In this document: piece by piece, positions 37,880-47,757 of the stretch
Layout of the letters: each line of letters begins with the position of its first letter
Numbering within the stretch: position 1 is the stretch's first letter
Virus record (IMG/VR): IMGVR_UViG_3300025012_000086
Coordinates: 1-63,871 of that record
Source of the DNA: a virus
Taxonomy: Duplodnaviria; Caudoviricetes
Length of the DNA: 63,871 nt
Reading direction: 5' to 3' (one strand)
Program-made: the position numbers and the translations under genes
The notes under the pieces: model-generated
Seen by the model: the letters and a program-made list of their open reading frames with translations, nothing else
Told to the model about the DNA's origin: nothing
Database searches by the model: none

Positions 37880-38089
37880 ATGAAAGTATGCAACGACTTA
37901 CGAGAGCGGCAGTTTACGACCAACAGTACGACAGGCAAGCGCTGCCGCTACATTGATGAGTTTGACGAGCTGGACATAGGCACGGTGTACGACCACGGTG
38001 ATGGCTGGTACATCGTAGAGAAGAAGTATCAGAACGGTGACGAGCTGGTAGACGTCCCGGCTGAAAACGTCAAGGAGGTAGAACGTTGA
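37880..38089 (+). CDS. Hypothetical protein
   Basis: Operon-packed ORF. Confidence 0.5.
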   Translation: MKVCNDLRERQFTTNSTTGKRCRYIDEFDELDIGTVYDHGDGWYIVEKKYQNGDELVDVPAENVKEVER

Positions 38090-38271
38090 CACTGAAACAG
38101 AAGATCTGTGGATTCAAAGGCCATGAGTTTGAGCTATTCGCTGCGCCCACTGCAGCCAAGCGCACTGCACACGTCAGGCTTATCTGCAGCAAATGCGGAT
38201 TCGGCACCGCCTGGTATTCACTGCGCAAGGCCACGAAGACGACTGACCTGCTGCAGGCCAAGGAGGAATGA
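38086..38271 (+). CDS. Small Zn-ribbon protein
   Basis: C...GH..C.KCG. Confidence 0.55.
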   Translation: MTLKQKICGFKGHEFELFAAPTAAKRTAHVRLICSKCGFGTAWYSLRKATKTTDLLQAKEE

Positions 38272-38696
38272 TGGACGGCAATATCTTTCGTGGCCTCTTC
38301 GCGAGACTGGAGGCAAACCGCAAGGCCGCTCTCGACAAGCAGGCCGAGGCCGAGAAGGACAGCAAGGAGCTTCTCGACCTGGAAAAGGCCCAGCACAGCC
38401 AGTTCCGCGCCAGGATGGAAGGCCTGCGCATCAAGTGCGAATTCTTCCGTGAGAAAACACCCCATGGGTCTTTCGAGATACTCATGGGCCGCAAGGTCAT
38501 GGTAGAGAGAATCTACGTTGACCCCGAATTCATGGACGTCGGCGTCTGCTTCGTATTCTGGGACAACACCGGTATCATGAGACGCAACCGCATGTCCATT
38601 GAGAACTTCAGCGCTGGATGTGACCGCAGCAGTCACTGGTCACCAACCCAGCAAATCACCGCCAATCAAGGCCCAATGATCACACCTATCTATTGA
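38268..38696 (+). CDS. Hypothetical protein
   Basis: AGGAGG SD. Confidence 0.55.
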   Translation: MMDGNIFRGLFARLEANRKAALDKQAEAEKDSKELLDLEKAQHSQFRARMEGLRIKCEFFREKTPHGSFEILMGRKVMVERIYVDPEFMDVGVCFVFWDNTGIMRRNRMSIENFSAGCDRSSHWSPTQQITANQGPMITPIY

Positions 38697-38897
38697 GAGG
38701 AGTACCATGAAACTCGAAAGACTGAATCCGATTATCGTTCCCACCAGCCAAAGCTACAACTCGGTCAAAGCCGCCCTCCTTCCCCAGCCAGATTCCGGAG
38801 AAGCGTCCGTCGACAGAACAAATGTGAATGCCCCATAGGTGTTGATGGCAACACCAGAGATCCGGCGAATACCAGGCTCACAACCTGGTAGCCGTTT

Positions 38898-38946
38898 AAC
38901 CCACTTGAGCCAACTTACCTGGAACCGGCTCAAGTGGGTTTTTTTA
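38898..38946 (+). terminator. Intrinsic terminator before terL
   Basis: AACCCACTTGAGCC/GGCTCAAGTGGGTT stem + T-run. Confidence 0.85.
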
Positions 38947-38975
38947 TTGACCTAGCAATAAGCATGCCATATATT
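38947..38975 (+). promoter_or_regulatory. Promoter for terL (near-leaderless)
   Basis: TTGACC-17-TATATT, ATG 7 nt downstream, no SD. Confidence 0.5.
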
Positions 38976-38982
38976 TTCCGGT

Positions 38983-40302
38983 ATGATCAAGACGTATTCA
39001 CAAAGAGATCTTGTCCTCGACATACCGGATAAATTCCTCTTCCTGTTCCAGCCAAAAGACTTCAAGGTGGCCAAGGGTGGACGGTCAAGCGCCAAGTCCT
39101 GGAGCTTCGCCCGCGCTCTCGTCGTCATAGGCTACGCCGAAGAGAAGCGTATCCTCTGCACTCGTGAAGTCCAGAACTCCATTGACGAATCGGTATACCA
39201 GCTACTCAAAGACCAGATCCGCCTACTTGGCCTGGACTGGTTCTATACCCCGTTCCGTGACAGGATTGTCGGCCAGAATGGTACGATCTTTGCATTCGAG
39301 GGACTGGCCACTCACACTATCACCTCCCTGAAGTCATACGAGGGATTCGATATCTGCTGGGTAGAGGAGGCTCACGCCGTCAGTAAGCGGTCATGGGACG
39401 TCCTAATCCCGACCATCCGGAAGGAAGGGTCCGAGATCTGGGTCACCTTCAACCCCGAGCTGGAGAGCGACGAGACGTACAAGAGGTTCGTTACCGAAGC
39501 TACGCCTGACCGGTATTATGTGGTTCATGTCACCTGGCGGGATAATCCCTTCCTCACCGCAAAATCGAATGCAGATCGCCTGGAGTGCAAGCTCAAGCGC
39601 CCAGACGACTACGACAACATCTGGGAAGGCCGCTGCAGGCCTGCCGTGGCTGGAGCCATCTACTACAAGCAGATGGACGAAATGCTGCGACAAGGCCGCA
39701 TATGCAACGTTCCTTACGACCCCTTCCTGAAGGTACACGTCATATCCGACATCGGCCTGAACGACACCACAGCGCTTATCATGGCACAGCGCCGCGCCTC
39801 CGAGATCAGGATTATCGATTACATAGAGGACAACCGTAGGACGTGGGACTCGTACTCAATCGAGCTGAAAGAGCGCAAGTACAACTGGGGTAGGCTCTGG
39901 CTCCCACATGATGGCTTCGCCGCCGATATGAAGAGCAACGGCAAGTCGTCCGCAGACATCCTTCGCAAACTTGGCTGGGACGTGCCAGACCGGGAGGAGA
40001 TCGTAGAGCGTTCTATCGAGGAGGGCATTAAGGTCGCTCGCATGACCATGCCCAGGATCTACGTCGATGTGAAGAAGGCCGCACGGCTCATCGAATGCCT
40101 CAAGCGGTACAGGCGGCACGTCTCGAAACAGACCCTCGCCGAGACAGGCCCGGTCCACGACGAATTCAGCAACGGTGCCGACTCCTTCCGCTACCTCTGT
40201 CTCAACATCGAGAAGATGACCAATGAGGAACGCCGTGGCATGCGCATGCCGAACAGGTTTACTCGCTACGGTCAGCCGCTGGATGACGGCGTCGGTTATT
40301 AG
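38983..40302 (+). CDS. terL: Terminase large subunit (PBSX/SPP1-like)
   Basis: GGRSSAKS Walker A, WVEEA Walker B, FNP, DIG..D, SNGADSFRY. Confidence 0.95.
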   Translation: MIKTYSQRDLVLDIPDKFLFLFQPKDFKVAKGGRSSAKSWSFARALVVIGYAEEKRILCTREVQNSIDESVYQLLKDQIRLLGLDWFYTPFRDRIVGQNGTIFAFEGLATHTITSLKSYEGFDICWVEEAHAVSKRSWDVLIPTIRKEGSEIWVTFNPELESDETYKRFVTEATPDRYYVVHVTWRDNPFLTAKSNADRLECKLKRPDDYDNIWEGRCRPAVAGAIYYKQMDEMLRQGRICNVPYDPFLKVHVISDIGLNDTTALIMAQRRASEIRIIDYIEDNRRTWDSYSIELKERKYNWGRLWLPHDGFAADMKSNGKSSADILRKLGWDVPDREEIVERSIEEGIKVARMTMPRIYVDVKKAARLIECLKRYRRHVSKQTLAETGPVHDEFSNGADSFRYLCLNIEKMTNEERRGMRMPNRFTRYGQPLDDGVGY

Positions 40303-40309
40303 GAACTAT

Positions 40310-40840
40310 ATGAAAATATTGGATAAATTTAAAGAAGTACTTATCTATAACGAAACTACCGGGGTTTTCACGTGGAGAGTAACCACAAGCTCCAGGGCAT
40401 TGGCAGGAAGCGCGGCTGGATGTGTCAGCAGTAGTGACGGCTATATCTACATCCAGTACGCCGGAGATAAGGTCCAGGCCCACAGGTTGGCTTGGTATTT
40501 TATCCACGGCTATGACTCGGAATTTGAGATCGACCACCGCGATAGGGTGAGGACGAATAATGCACCAGACAATTTGCGTGAGGCGTCGAGGCAATGCCAG
40601 TCCCGAAATTGCGGTATGCTGTCAAACAATACGTCAGGAATTAAGGGCGTATCGTGGTACAAGCAAACCAACAGGTGGCAGGTCCACATAAAAGTCAACG
40701 GTAAACAAATTCGCCTGGCCTATGTCAAGAACCTACTCGATGCAGCTTACCTTCGCTACGCTGCCGAGCAATGTCTTGGGTTCGCTGATTGCGACACCAT
40801 GTCCAGCGCGAAGGCCTATATCGACTCCCACAAATACTGA
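40310..40840 (+). CDS. HNH endonuclease with AP2-like domain
   Basis: AHRLAW..DHRDRVRTNN..NLR..NNTSG.KGV. Confidence 0.88.
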   Translation: MKILDKFKEVLIYNETTGVFTWRVTTSSRALAGSAAGCVSSSDGYIYIQYAGDKVQAHRLAWYFIHGYDSEFEIDHRDRVRTNNAPDNLREASRQCQSRNCGMLSNNTSGIKGVSWYKQTNRWQVHIKVNGKQIRLAYVKNLLDAAYLRYAAEQCLGFADCDTMSSAKAYIDSHKY

Positions 40841-41014
40841 TTGCCTCAAATACAGGGCAAAATTTCACCTACTTTTTTGCCCTTCAACCGCAGCATGCAT
40901 TTTTCTTGCCATTTTTACGAATAATACTTGTCTTCACCAATCTGGTGATTAGAATTTTGACATGAACGTAATTAGTACGATTCTTGCAATAGCATAATCC
41001 ATGCCGAGAACAAT

Positions 41015-43531
41015 ATGACACCGGAAGATAACGAGCGGAAAAAAGTTATAAGAGAGATGCAGCGCGAAGCCGAAGGGCTGCTTGCTCAATCCGGTCTGCA
41101 TGAGATGCCAGACGGAACCCTCATGAACAATGAGGAGATGGCCGTTGATTCCAGTAGCCAGTACGAGCCGCAACAGGAGCACGGGCCGTCAGACAATCCC
41201 ATGGAACCTGACATAGAGGACGATGAGGCCAGCGAGGCCCAGCAAGAGGCCATCATGGCCATTGCCCATTCGATTCTGAAGACCAGGGAAGAGGCCATCC
41301 AGTACCGCTCAAACTCCGGTATCGAGCGCTGGTGGAGGATCAGTGAGCAGATGCTCGACTACTCCCAGGATCTGGAAATGGCACCGGCAATGATCGACTA
41401 TGCTGCAGGCACCGCCCCCGTCCCGAACACCGGGGTCCGCCGCTCAAGAGTCGTTATGAATTTGGTAAGGGGCCGATGCGAGGTTTCACTCGGTCGCTTC
41501 GAAGATATCCTTCTTCCGGTTAGGGATCGGAACTGGGGATTCAAGATTACGCCGAACCCCGAGGTCATGAAGATGGTTGGGGATCTGCGCATGGCTACGT
41601 CAGGCGGTGCCCCCGTCATGATGTCGAACGGCGCACAGGCTAATATGGACCAGGTCGCAAAGGCGATCAAGGCCAAGGCCGAGAAGGCTATGGTGGGTAT
41701 GGAGAAGGTTGTCCACGACGCCCTGACCGAGTGCAGCTTCAACAGCGAAGAGCGTAAGGTTATGGAGAACGCCGTCAACCTTGGCACCGGCATCCTCAAA
41801 GGACCGTGCATCTCCCGCAAGCTCAAGAAGGTATGGAAGCGTCAGCAGTCCGCCAACCCGGTGGAAGGTGGACCTCCTGTGTGGGTTAGGAACCTGGAGT
41901 ACAAGGAAGACAATAAGCCGATATCGGTATCCGTTTCGCCATGGAATGTGTATCCTTCTGCGGACTGCAAGGGTGAGCCGAGCAAGGGCAGCTACGTCTG
42001 GGAGAAGGACACGATCCGCCCCAGGGATGTTCAGCGCCTCATAGGTTTACCAGGCTACAGCACCAAACAGCTTGAAGCAGTGCTCGAAGAGGAGCCGAAA
42101 CGGATCATGGTCACCTACGACCAGCACGGCAACTACATGAAGATCCAGGAGGAGAATGCAAACCTGGGTGAGGTTTATGACCTCTGGGAGTACAACGGAG
42201 AGGTCAGGCGCGAGTACATGGAGCTGTTGGGCTGCACATGTCCCATCGGTAGACCCGTATCAGCCAGGATAGTATTTATCAACGACCGCCCAGTAAAGGC
42301 CACGCTGAACCTGCTCGACACTGGCGATCTTCCCTACGACTTCTTCACCTGGACCAATATCTCTGATGTCCCGTGGGGAGCTGGCGAGCCGATCAAGATC
42401 ATGTGGGCACAGCGTATCATCAATGCCGTATGGCGGCAGATGTGCGACAATGCCGGTGACTCTGCGGGCGCGAATATCGCGATCATGGGCCTTGAGCCTG
42501 ACGATGGCGTCTGGGAAATCAGCGGCAAGAAGTTGTGGAGATGGGACGGCGAGACGGACCTTGACGATATCCGCAAAGCCATTACCCAGGTCCAGGTAGA
42601 GAACAATCAAGCCCCCCTTCAAGCCATGCTTGAGCTGGCCCTGAAATTCATCGACTTGATGACGGCCACTCCAACCATATTCCAGGGTGAGGCCAAAGAG
42701 GCACCCGACACTCTCGGTGCCACTAATATCGTGGTTGACTCCTCGAACGTCACCTTCCGCTCCAAAGTGAAGCGATGGGATGACCAGGTAACCACTCCGC
42801 ACCTTCGGAGATGGTACGATTTCGAGATGCAGTACCATGAGGACGATTCGATCAAGGAAGACCTCGACGTTGATCCACGTGGCGCTTCGGTCCTGTACGA
42901 GAAAGACCAGATGCGTCAGCAGATCCTCCAGATCTTCCAGCTGAAAGCAGACCCTGACATCAACAGGAAGACCGACTGGGACAAGGCTATCGAGCTGTTC
43001 TACTCAGCCAGCCACCTGGACATTATCAAGGATCAACCGGCAGAGGGTGAGCAGCAGCCACAAGGACCGCCGAGTCCTGACCAGATCCAGCTACAGGTTG
43101 CGCAGGTACGGGCCGACAGCCTTATGCAGGTAGCCATGCTTAAGCAGCAGCAAGCCGAGGCAGAGATGGCCTTCAAGTCCACTGAGGCCGACAAAGAGCG
43201 ACAGCATGAAGCGGCTATGAAGCAAGCCGACCTCCAGATCAAGATGATGGAGTACGCCGAGAAGCGGAATATCAACCTCGACAATCTCAGGGTCCAACTG
43301 GCTCTTGGCGGCGAGGGGATGAACATGCAGTGGAAACTGGCCAACCAGGGCCGACAGGATTCCATACAGGAGCGACAGGAAGGCCGACAGGATTCGAAAG
43401 AAGAGCGAGCTGAAGAGATGAACGAGCGTAGGGTAGAGCGATCAGAAAATCGTGTCGCCACCCCGCAAGTCGCCACCCCTCCGACCGAACCTCCAGGCAG
43501 GGCACCCGTAGGTGAGGCCTACCCGAGATGA
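41015..43531 (+). CDS. Portal protein
   Basis: 838 aa after TerL; LGTG..K, VSPWN.YP, WG.G, TLGA; Q-rich helical barrel tail as in P22-like portals. Confidence 0.85.
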   Translation: MTPEDNERKKVIREMQREAEGLLAQSGLHEMPDGTLMNNEEMAVDSSSQYEPQQEHGPSDNPMEPDIEDDEASEAQQEAIMAIAHSILKTREEAIQYRSNSGIERWWRISEQMLDYSQDLEMAPAMIDYAAGTAPVPNTGVRRSRVVMNLVRGRCEVSLGRFEDILLPVRDRNWGFKITPNPEVMKMVGDLRMATSGGAPVMMSNGAQANMDQVAKAIKAKAEKAMVGMEKVVHDALTECSFNSEERKVMENAVNLGTGILKGPCISRKLKKVWKRQQSANPVEGGPPVWVRNLEYKEDNKPISVSVSPWNVYPSADCKGEPSKGSYVWEKDTIRPRDVQRLIGLPGYSTKQLEAVLEEEPKRIMVTYDQHGNYMKIQEENANLGEVYDLWEYNGEVRREYMELLGCTCPIGRPVSARIVFINDRPVKATLNLLDTGDLPYDFFTWTNISDVPWGAGEPIKIMWAQRIINAVWRQMCDNAGDSAGANIAIMGLEPDDGVWEISGKKLWRWDGETDLDDIRKAITQVQVENNQAPLQAMLELALKFIDLMTATPTIFQGEAKEAPDTLGATNIVVDSSNVTFRSKVKRWDDQVTTPHLRRWYDFEMQYHEDDSIKEDLDVDPRGASVLYEKDQMRQQILQIFQLKADPDINRKTDWDKAIELFYSASHLDIIKDQPAEGEQQPQGPPSPDQIQLQVAQVRADSLMQVAMLKQQQAEAEMAFKSTEADKERQHEAAMKQADLQIKMMEYAEKRNINLDNLRVQLALGGEGMNMQWKLANQGRQDSIQERQEGRQDSKEERAEEMNERRVERSENRVATPQVATPPTEPPGRAPVGEAYPR

Positions 43532-43791
43532 GCGAGATCGACAACCAAGAAATTGAGCTGGTAATTCCCGCCTATTTTGACGAGAGTTCCCAGACGTGGG
43601 CTGCAATCAAGGAGATGCTCGAATCCCTCCTGGCCGAAACAAGGAAGCGAAACGACTCTTTCCGCAATACGCCGGATCAAACCGCCGCCATTCGTGGAGA
43701 GGTCAAGCTGTTAAAGCAACTGTTGAAGATACCTGAGAAGGTAAGAAAAGGCCGCGAAAAGCGCCCACAAACTATCCGCCAGGACTTTTAA
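43528..43791 (+). CDS. Small head-associated protein
   Basis: Between portal and scaffold; R.RND..T..IRG. Confidence 0.6.
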   Translation: MSEIDNQEIELVIPAYFDESSQTWAAIKEMLESLLAETRKRNDSFRNTPDQTAAIRGEVKLLKQLLKIPEKVRKGREKRPQTIRQDF

Positions 43792-43817
43792 GCCGCTGCC
43801 GGGGAGAGGAGTAATCC

Positions 43818-44723
43818 ATGTTCGAGGAAGAAACCGTAGTACCGCAAATGTCGCAAGAAGAGATCGACCTCCGGAATGAACTGAATAAGGAAGTTTTCGA
43901 AGGGGCCGAAGGTATTGAAGCGCTGCCGCCTGCACAAGCCGCCAGTGAGGAAGATGCCGCTGCCCTCGAAGCCGCCAAGAAAGCAGAGCAGGAGAAAGAG
44001 GTTGACCCATGGGAGGGTGTTGCACCAGTCCTTCGTCAGGCGATTGAGAGTATCCAGTCGAGACTTGGCGGATTTGACGCTTTCGGCGAACGGTTGAAAC
44101 AGGCCGAGAATCGGGTTGGTGGAATTGATAACAGGCTTCGGGATATGAAGGCCGCATTCCCGGCTGCAAAGCAACCAACCAGACAAGATGTAGAAGCCGC
44201 CCTGGCGAGCAATGCTGGATTCAAGGTATTCAGCGAAGACTTTCCTGATCACGCAAACGCCTTCAAAGAGATCCTGATCGCCACCTCATCCGGTGCCGGT
44301 CCCGCTGGGATGTCGATGGAGGATGTTCAGAAAATGCGCGATGAGATGAACACCAACTTCGAGGAACGCCTGAATAAACAGCAGCTCGGATTCGAGCTAA
44401 AGCTTCTCCGTAGCAAGTACAAGAACCATGTCGCACTGATCAAGGAGCCGACCTTCGAGCCGTGGCTACAGACTCAGTCTCCCGAGATGAAGGCGAAATT
44501 TGGTTCATTTGATGCCCTGGATGGTATCGACCTCCTTGACGAGTACACAGCGTATAAGGCGAAAGCCGCAGCGCTGCCGAATACCGCGAAGGAGCGACAA
44601 GATAGGCTGGCATTAGCCGCCGAAAATAAACGTACCACCACGGCAGTGAAACAAAAATCCGAGGCTGACATGACCGAGGCAGAATACCGCGATCATGTAT
44701 CCAAACAAATTTGGGGGAAATAA
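43818..44723 (+). CDS. Capsid scaffolding protein
   Basis: Acidic, helical, immediately upstream of MCP. Confidence 0.7.
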   Translation: MFEEETVVPQMSQEEIDLRNELNKEVFEGAEGIEALPPAQAASEEDAAALEAAKKAEQEKEVDPWEGVAPVLRQAIESIQSRLGGFDAFGERLKQAENRVGGIDNRLRDMKAAFPAAKQPTRQDVEAALASNAGFKVFSEDFPDHANAFKEILIATSSGAGPAGMSMEDVQKMRDEMNTNFEERLNKQQLGFELKLLRSKYKNHVALIKEPTFEPWLQTQSPEMKAKFGSFDALDGIDLLDEYTAYKAKAAALPNTAKERQDRLALAAENKRTTTAVKQKSEADMTEAEYRDHVSKQIWGK

Positions 44724-44726
44724 GCA

Positions 44727-45758
44727 ATGGCCACTCAAACCTATTCTCTTGTTCCGGGCAGGAACCTGATTCGAGCAGAACTCGAAATGCTGAAGTATGC
44801 CGAACCCTACTTTGTGTTGGGATCTTTCGGTATGCAGAAAGAAATGCCGCTCAACAAAACGGAGACGCTGGTCTTCCGTCGAGTTGACCCGTACAATATG
44901 GCCGCAAACGGAATCGCCAATATCACCGCCACCGACTTCCTGTTGGCAGAGGGTGCTATCCCGACTCCTTCGACCATTAGCTACACCGACGTTTCCGTCA
45001 CCCTGAAGCAGTACGCCGTCCTCTTCAAACTGACCTCCAAGGCCGCTTTGATGTACGAGGATGACATCCCGAACGACATGAAAATGCTCACCGGGAAGAC
45101 CATGGGTGAGGTTGCCGAACTCGTCGCATTTGGCGAATTCAAGGCAGGAACGACCGTCGTGTATGCGAACGGGGCCAGCCGTGGAGCTGTTAACACCGCG
45201 ATCTCCATCAGCAAACTCCGGTCCATTACCCGTACCCTGGAGAACAACCTGGGTGCGAAAGTGACGACTTCCATCAAACCGGGTCCGAACTTCGGTACGA
45301 CCGGTGTCGCCCCCTGCTTCGTCGTCTTCTGTCATACCGACTGCGCCGCTGACGTCCGGGATCTCCCGAACTTCACCGACCGCATCAAGTACGGCACCGC
45401 GATCAAGCCGGTACACGACAGGGAATTCGGTGCATGCGAGGAATTCCGGTTCGTAAGCTCGGCCCTGCTCCGTCCTTTCCTGGCCGCTGGATCTGCCACC
45501 CTTAACGGGATGAAGAACAGCTCCGCAGCCGTTGACGTCTACCCTTGGCTCGTTATCGCCGAGGAGGCATGGGGCCACGTATCCCTCAAGGGTCATGGCA
45601 AGACTTCCATCTCTCCGACCTATCTGCCGCCCAGCCAGAAGAGTCATGCAAACCCCAGCGGAACCTTCGGGTACGTTGGTGCTGACTTCTGGTATGCGCC
45701 GGTACGGGCAAACGAGAACTGGTTCGTCCGCTTCGAGTCTGGCGTAACTGACCTGTAA
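44727..45758 (+). CDS. Major capsid protein (N4-gp56 family)
   Basis: MP.N...T..FRR, L.EG..P, V.L.QY, E.G..E..RFV, DVYP. Confidence 0.9.
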   Translation: MATQTYSLVPGRNLIRAELEMLKYAEPYFVLGSFGMQKEMPLNKTETLVFRRVDPYNMAANGIANITATDFLLAEGAIPTPSTISYTDVSVTLKQYAVLFKLTSKAALMYEDDIPNDMKMLTGKTMGEVAELVAFGEFKAGTTVVYANGASRGAVNTAISISKLRSITRTLENNLGAKVTTSIKPGPNFGTTGVAPCFVVFCHTDCAADVRDLPNFTDRIKYGTAIKPVHDREFGACEEFRFVSSALLRPFLAAGSATLNGMKNSSAAVDVYPWLVIAEEAWGHVSLKGHGKTSISPTYLPPSQKSHANPSGTFGYVGADFWYAPVRANENWFVRFESGVTDL

Positions 45759-45812
45759 GATCTGACCGCGTAACTGACCAAGCTCTGACCAAGTTTTGAC
45801 GAGCTTGGTCAG
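45742..45812. repeat. CTGACC direct/inverted repeat cluster at MCP end
   Basis: GCGTAACTGACC x2, CTGACCAAG x2, inverted GAGCTTGGTCAG. Confidence 0.6.
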
Positions 45813-45846
45813 TAGCGGATACAAACCCTTTGAGAGGTAAACGAAA

Positions 45847-47148
45847 ATGGCTGAGAGTATCAAAAAAAGAGCGTCGAGCCTGGCAAACATCGCCGACGCC
45901 TTTCATATCAGAAAAATCTGGGAGTCGATCAAGACCGAGCTGGACGCCCTGCGAACCGTAGCTAACGAACTTCGCACCGACCACGCCACGTTCAAGACCG
46001 CTGCAGATGGGGTTGAAACCCTTATTGAGGAGCTGCATGACGACCATGCTACCGCCGTGACCTGGATGACTGAGGTTGACGCGGATAGTGACGTCATGGG
46101 CAATATCGTCTCGTTCAACATGGCTGACGGTGTCATCGGTGGCGACTTCACTATCGCTGGAACCGCAGCAGTAACCCTGCTCGGTGCCGGTCACATCCGC
46201 TATCGTATCGGCGGGCAGGAATACTACGCAAACCTGGACACCACGATCACCTTGCAAGACTCGGGCGATATCGTGCAGAACAAGTACGGCGCATGGAGAA
46301 TTCTGATCGACCGAGCCGGGGTTGTCACCACCCAGGATACTGGCGCTCAGATGGCTTTCGATAACGCAGAGGACGCATTGCTGTGTCTGTCCGCAGTAGC
46401 GCCGACCGCCAATACCGCAATCATTGGATACTTCACGGTAACCGACGCCGGGGCTGGTGGTTTCAATATCGGCACCACGAACACTACTGGCGGCACCGCC
46501 ACCGAAGTGGTGTATACCGTACGGAATGCCCCCAAGAAGGCCACTGGTTTGACCGTAGCGAACGGCGCAGCCACTGCCGTAGGTACTACCCCGGAACGGT
46601 ATGCAACTGGCACCAAGGACGTCATGCTGAACGGTGTGAGGATTTCCCAAATCGCAGCAGAGGCCGACAAAGTATTCGATGACGCAGACACCATCGGTCA
46701 GGCACAATTCGGCGGATGGCTTATCGTTACGAACCTGGCCCAGAACGCAACCTACGCCCTGGCCTCAAACGGCATCGCCGGAACCGTAAGCGCAATGACT
46801 CACGCCAGCGCCGCAGCAGCGGACACAGCCCTTGGTCTTGTGGCTGATCGCCTCCCGCCCATGTTCTGTCCCATCGCAAAGCTGGTGGTAGAGAACCTGA
46901 AGGGCGGTGGCTGGGCTGCGAATACCGATGACCTCGACGGGGTTGACGGCAACGCTACCTTCACCGACGCAACCGTAGGCACCTGGAGTAGAACCGCCCT
47001 TACCGGCTTTGACTCCCACAAAATCACCCCGGATTCCATCCCGGCAAACATTACCGCACCGTTGGTTGCTGGCCTCACGGCACCGAAACCGGCATCGGCA
47101 CCTGCGACTCTTTCCGCCGCAGCAACAACTGAAGTCCTGACTTCATAA
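45847..47148 (+). CDS. Capsid decoration/head fibre-like protein
   Basis: A/G/T-rich, directly after MCP. Confidence 0.55.
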   Translation: MAESIKKRASSLANIADAFHIRKIWESIKTELDALRTVANELRTDHATFKTAADGVETLIEELHDDHATAVTWMTEVDADSDVMGNIVSFNMADGVIGGDFTIAGTAAVTLLGAGHIRYRIGGQEYYANLDTTITLQDSGDIVQNKYGAWRILIDRAGVVTTQDTGAQMAFDNAEDALLCLSAVAPTANTAIIGYFTVTDAGAGGFNIGTTNTTGGTATEVVYTVRNAPKKATGLTVANGAATAVGTTPERYATGTKDVMLNGVRISQIAAEADKVFDDADTIGQAQFGGWLIVTNLAQNATYALASNGIAGTVSAMTHASAAAADTALGLVADRLPPMFCPIAKLVVENLKGGGWAANTDDLDGVDGNATFTDATVGTWSRTALTGFDSHKITPDSIPANITAPLVAGLTAPKPASAPATLSAAATTEVLTS

Positions 47149-47185
47149 CAGTATAGAGAAACTAACAATCTCAAGGAGTAAGATT

Positions 47186-47662
47186 ATGAATAACCTGAAT
47201 GACGATCCCCGTGGCGGAACCATGTGCCTGTCGAAAGCCGGTCTTGTGATCGGTGACGGTGCCAAAACTGGACCCGCGATTGCCGCGCCGAATGGAGCCG
47301 GTATCGACTTCGTGATCGACGGTATCGCCTATCACAAAGCAGACGCTGCAACCGTCCTGCCCTTGTCGGCTGACACTGTACAGGCTGCAGATACCACCTG
47401 CATCTACCTGATGCAGGTTGACTCTGGTGGAAACGTCACCAGCGTCAAGGGCGTCGAGGTTCTGAATACCAGGCTGGTTGCCGGTATTGGCCGTCTCGAA
47501 TGGCCTACCCCCGACGCGAACAAGTGCCCGTTTGGCGCAGTCAAGGTGAAAACCGTGGCGGTGACCTTCACCCCCGGAACCACCGCGCTCGACGCTGCTG
47601 GTGTAACCGAAACCTATTACGACATCGCAATGGGCGTTCCGCTGGTTGGTTTGACGTCCTAA
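47186..47662 (+). CDS. Capsid decoration/cement-like protein
   Basis: AAGGAG SD; beta-rich; head operon. Confidence 0.55.
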   Translation: MNNLNDDPRGGTMCLSKAGLVIGDGAKTGPAIAAPNGAGIDFVIDGIAYHKADAATVLPLSADTVQAADTTCIYLMQVDSGGNVTSVKGVEVLNTRLVAGIGRLEWPTPDANKCPFGAVKVKTVAVTFTPGTTALDAAGVTETYYDIAMGVPLVGLTS

Positions 47663-47696
47663 GATAAGTCATATTATAGGTATGACTTGGTAAACT

Positions 47697-47734
47697 ATAA
47701 TGGCCGGGAGTGTTATTATGCTTCCGGCCATTAT
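47697..47734 (+). terminator. Hairpin/terminator after head genes
   Basis: ATAATGGCCGG/CCGGCCATTAT stem. Confidence 0.55.
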
Positions 47735-47757
47735 TCTAAAACAGTAAGGAGAATATC

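Noticed and set aside
38830-38895. Complete tRNA gene
   Set aside because: No T-loop (TTCG) arm or acceptor stem; kept only as a tRNA-like finding
33660-43395. Short tandem repeats in TerS (GAGGCCATGGTAACC x2) and portal tail (GGCCGACAGGATTC x2) as CRISPR-like arrays
   Set aside because: Two-copy in-frame coding duplications only; no array structure
44613-46707. Long minus-strand ORFs (425 and 373 aa) opposite capsid and decoration genes
   Set aside because: Shadow ORFs of strongly codon-biased genes; no motifs or expression signals
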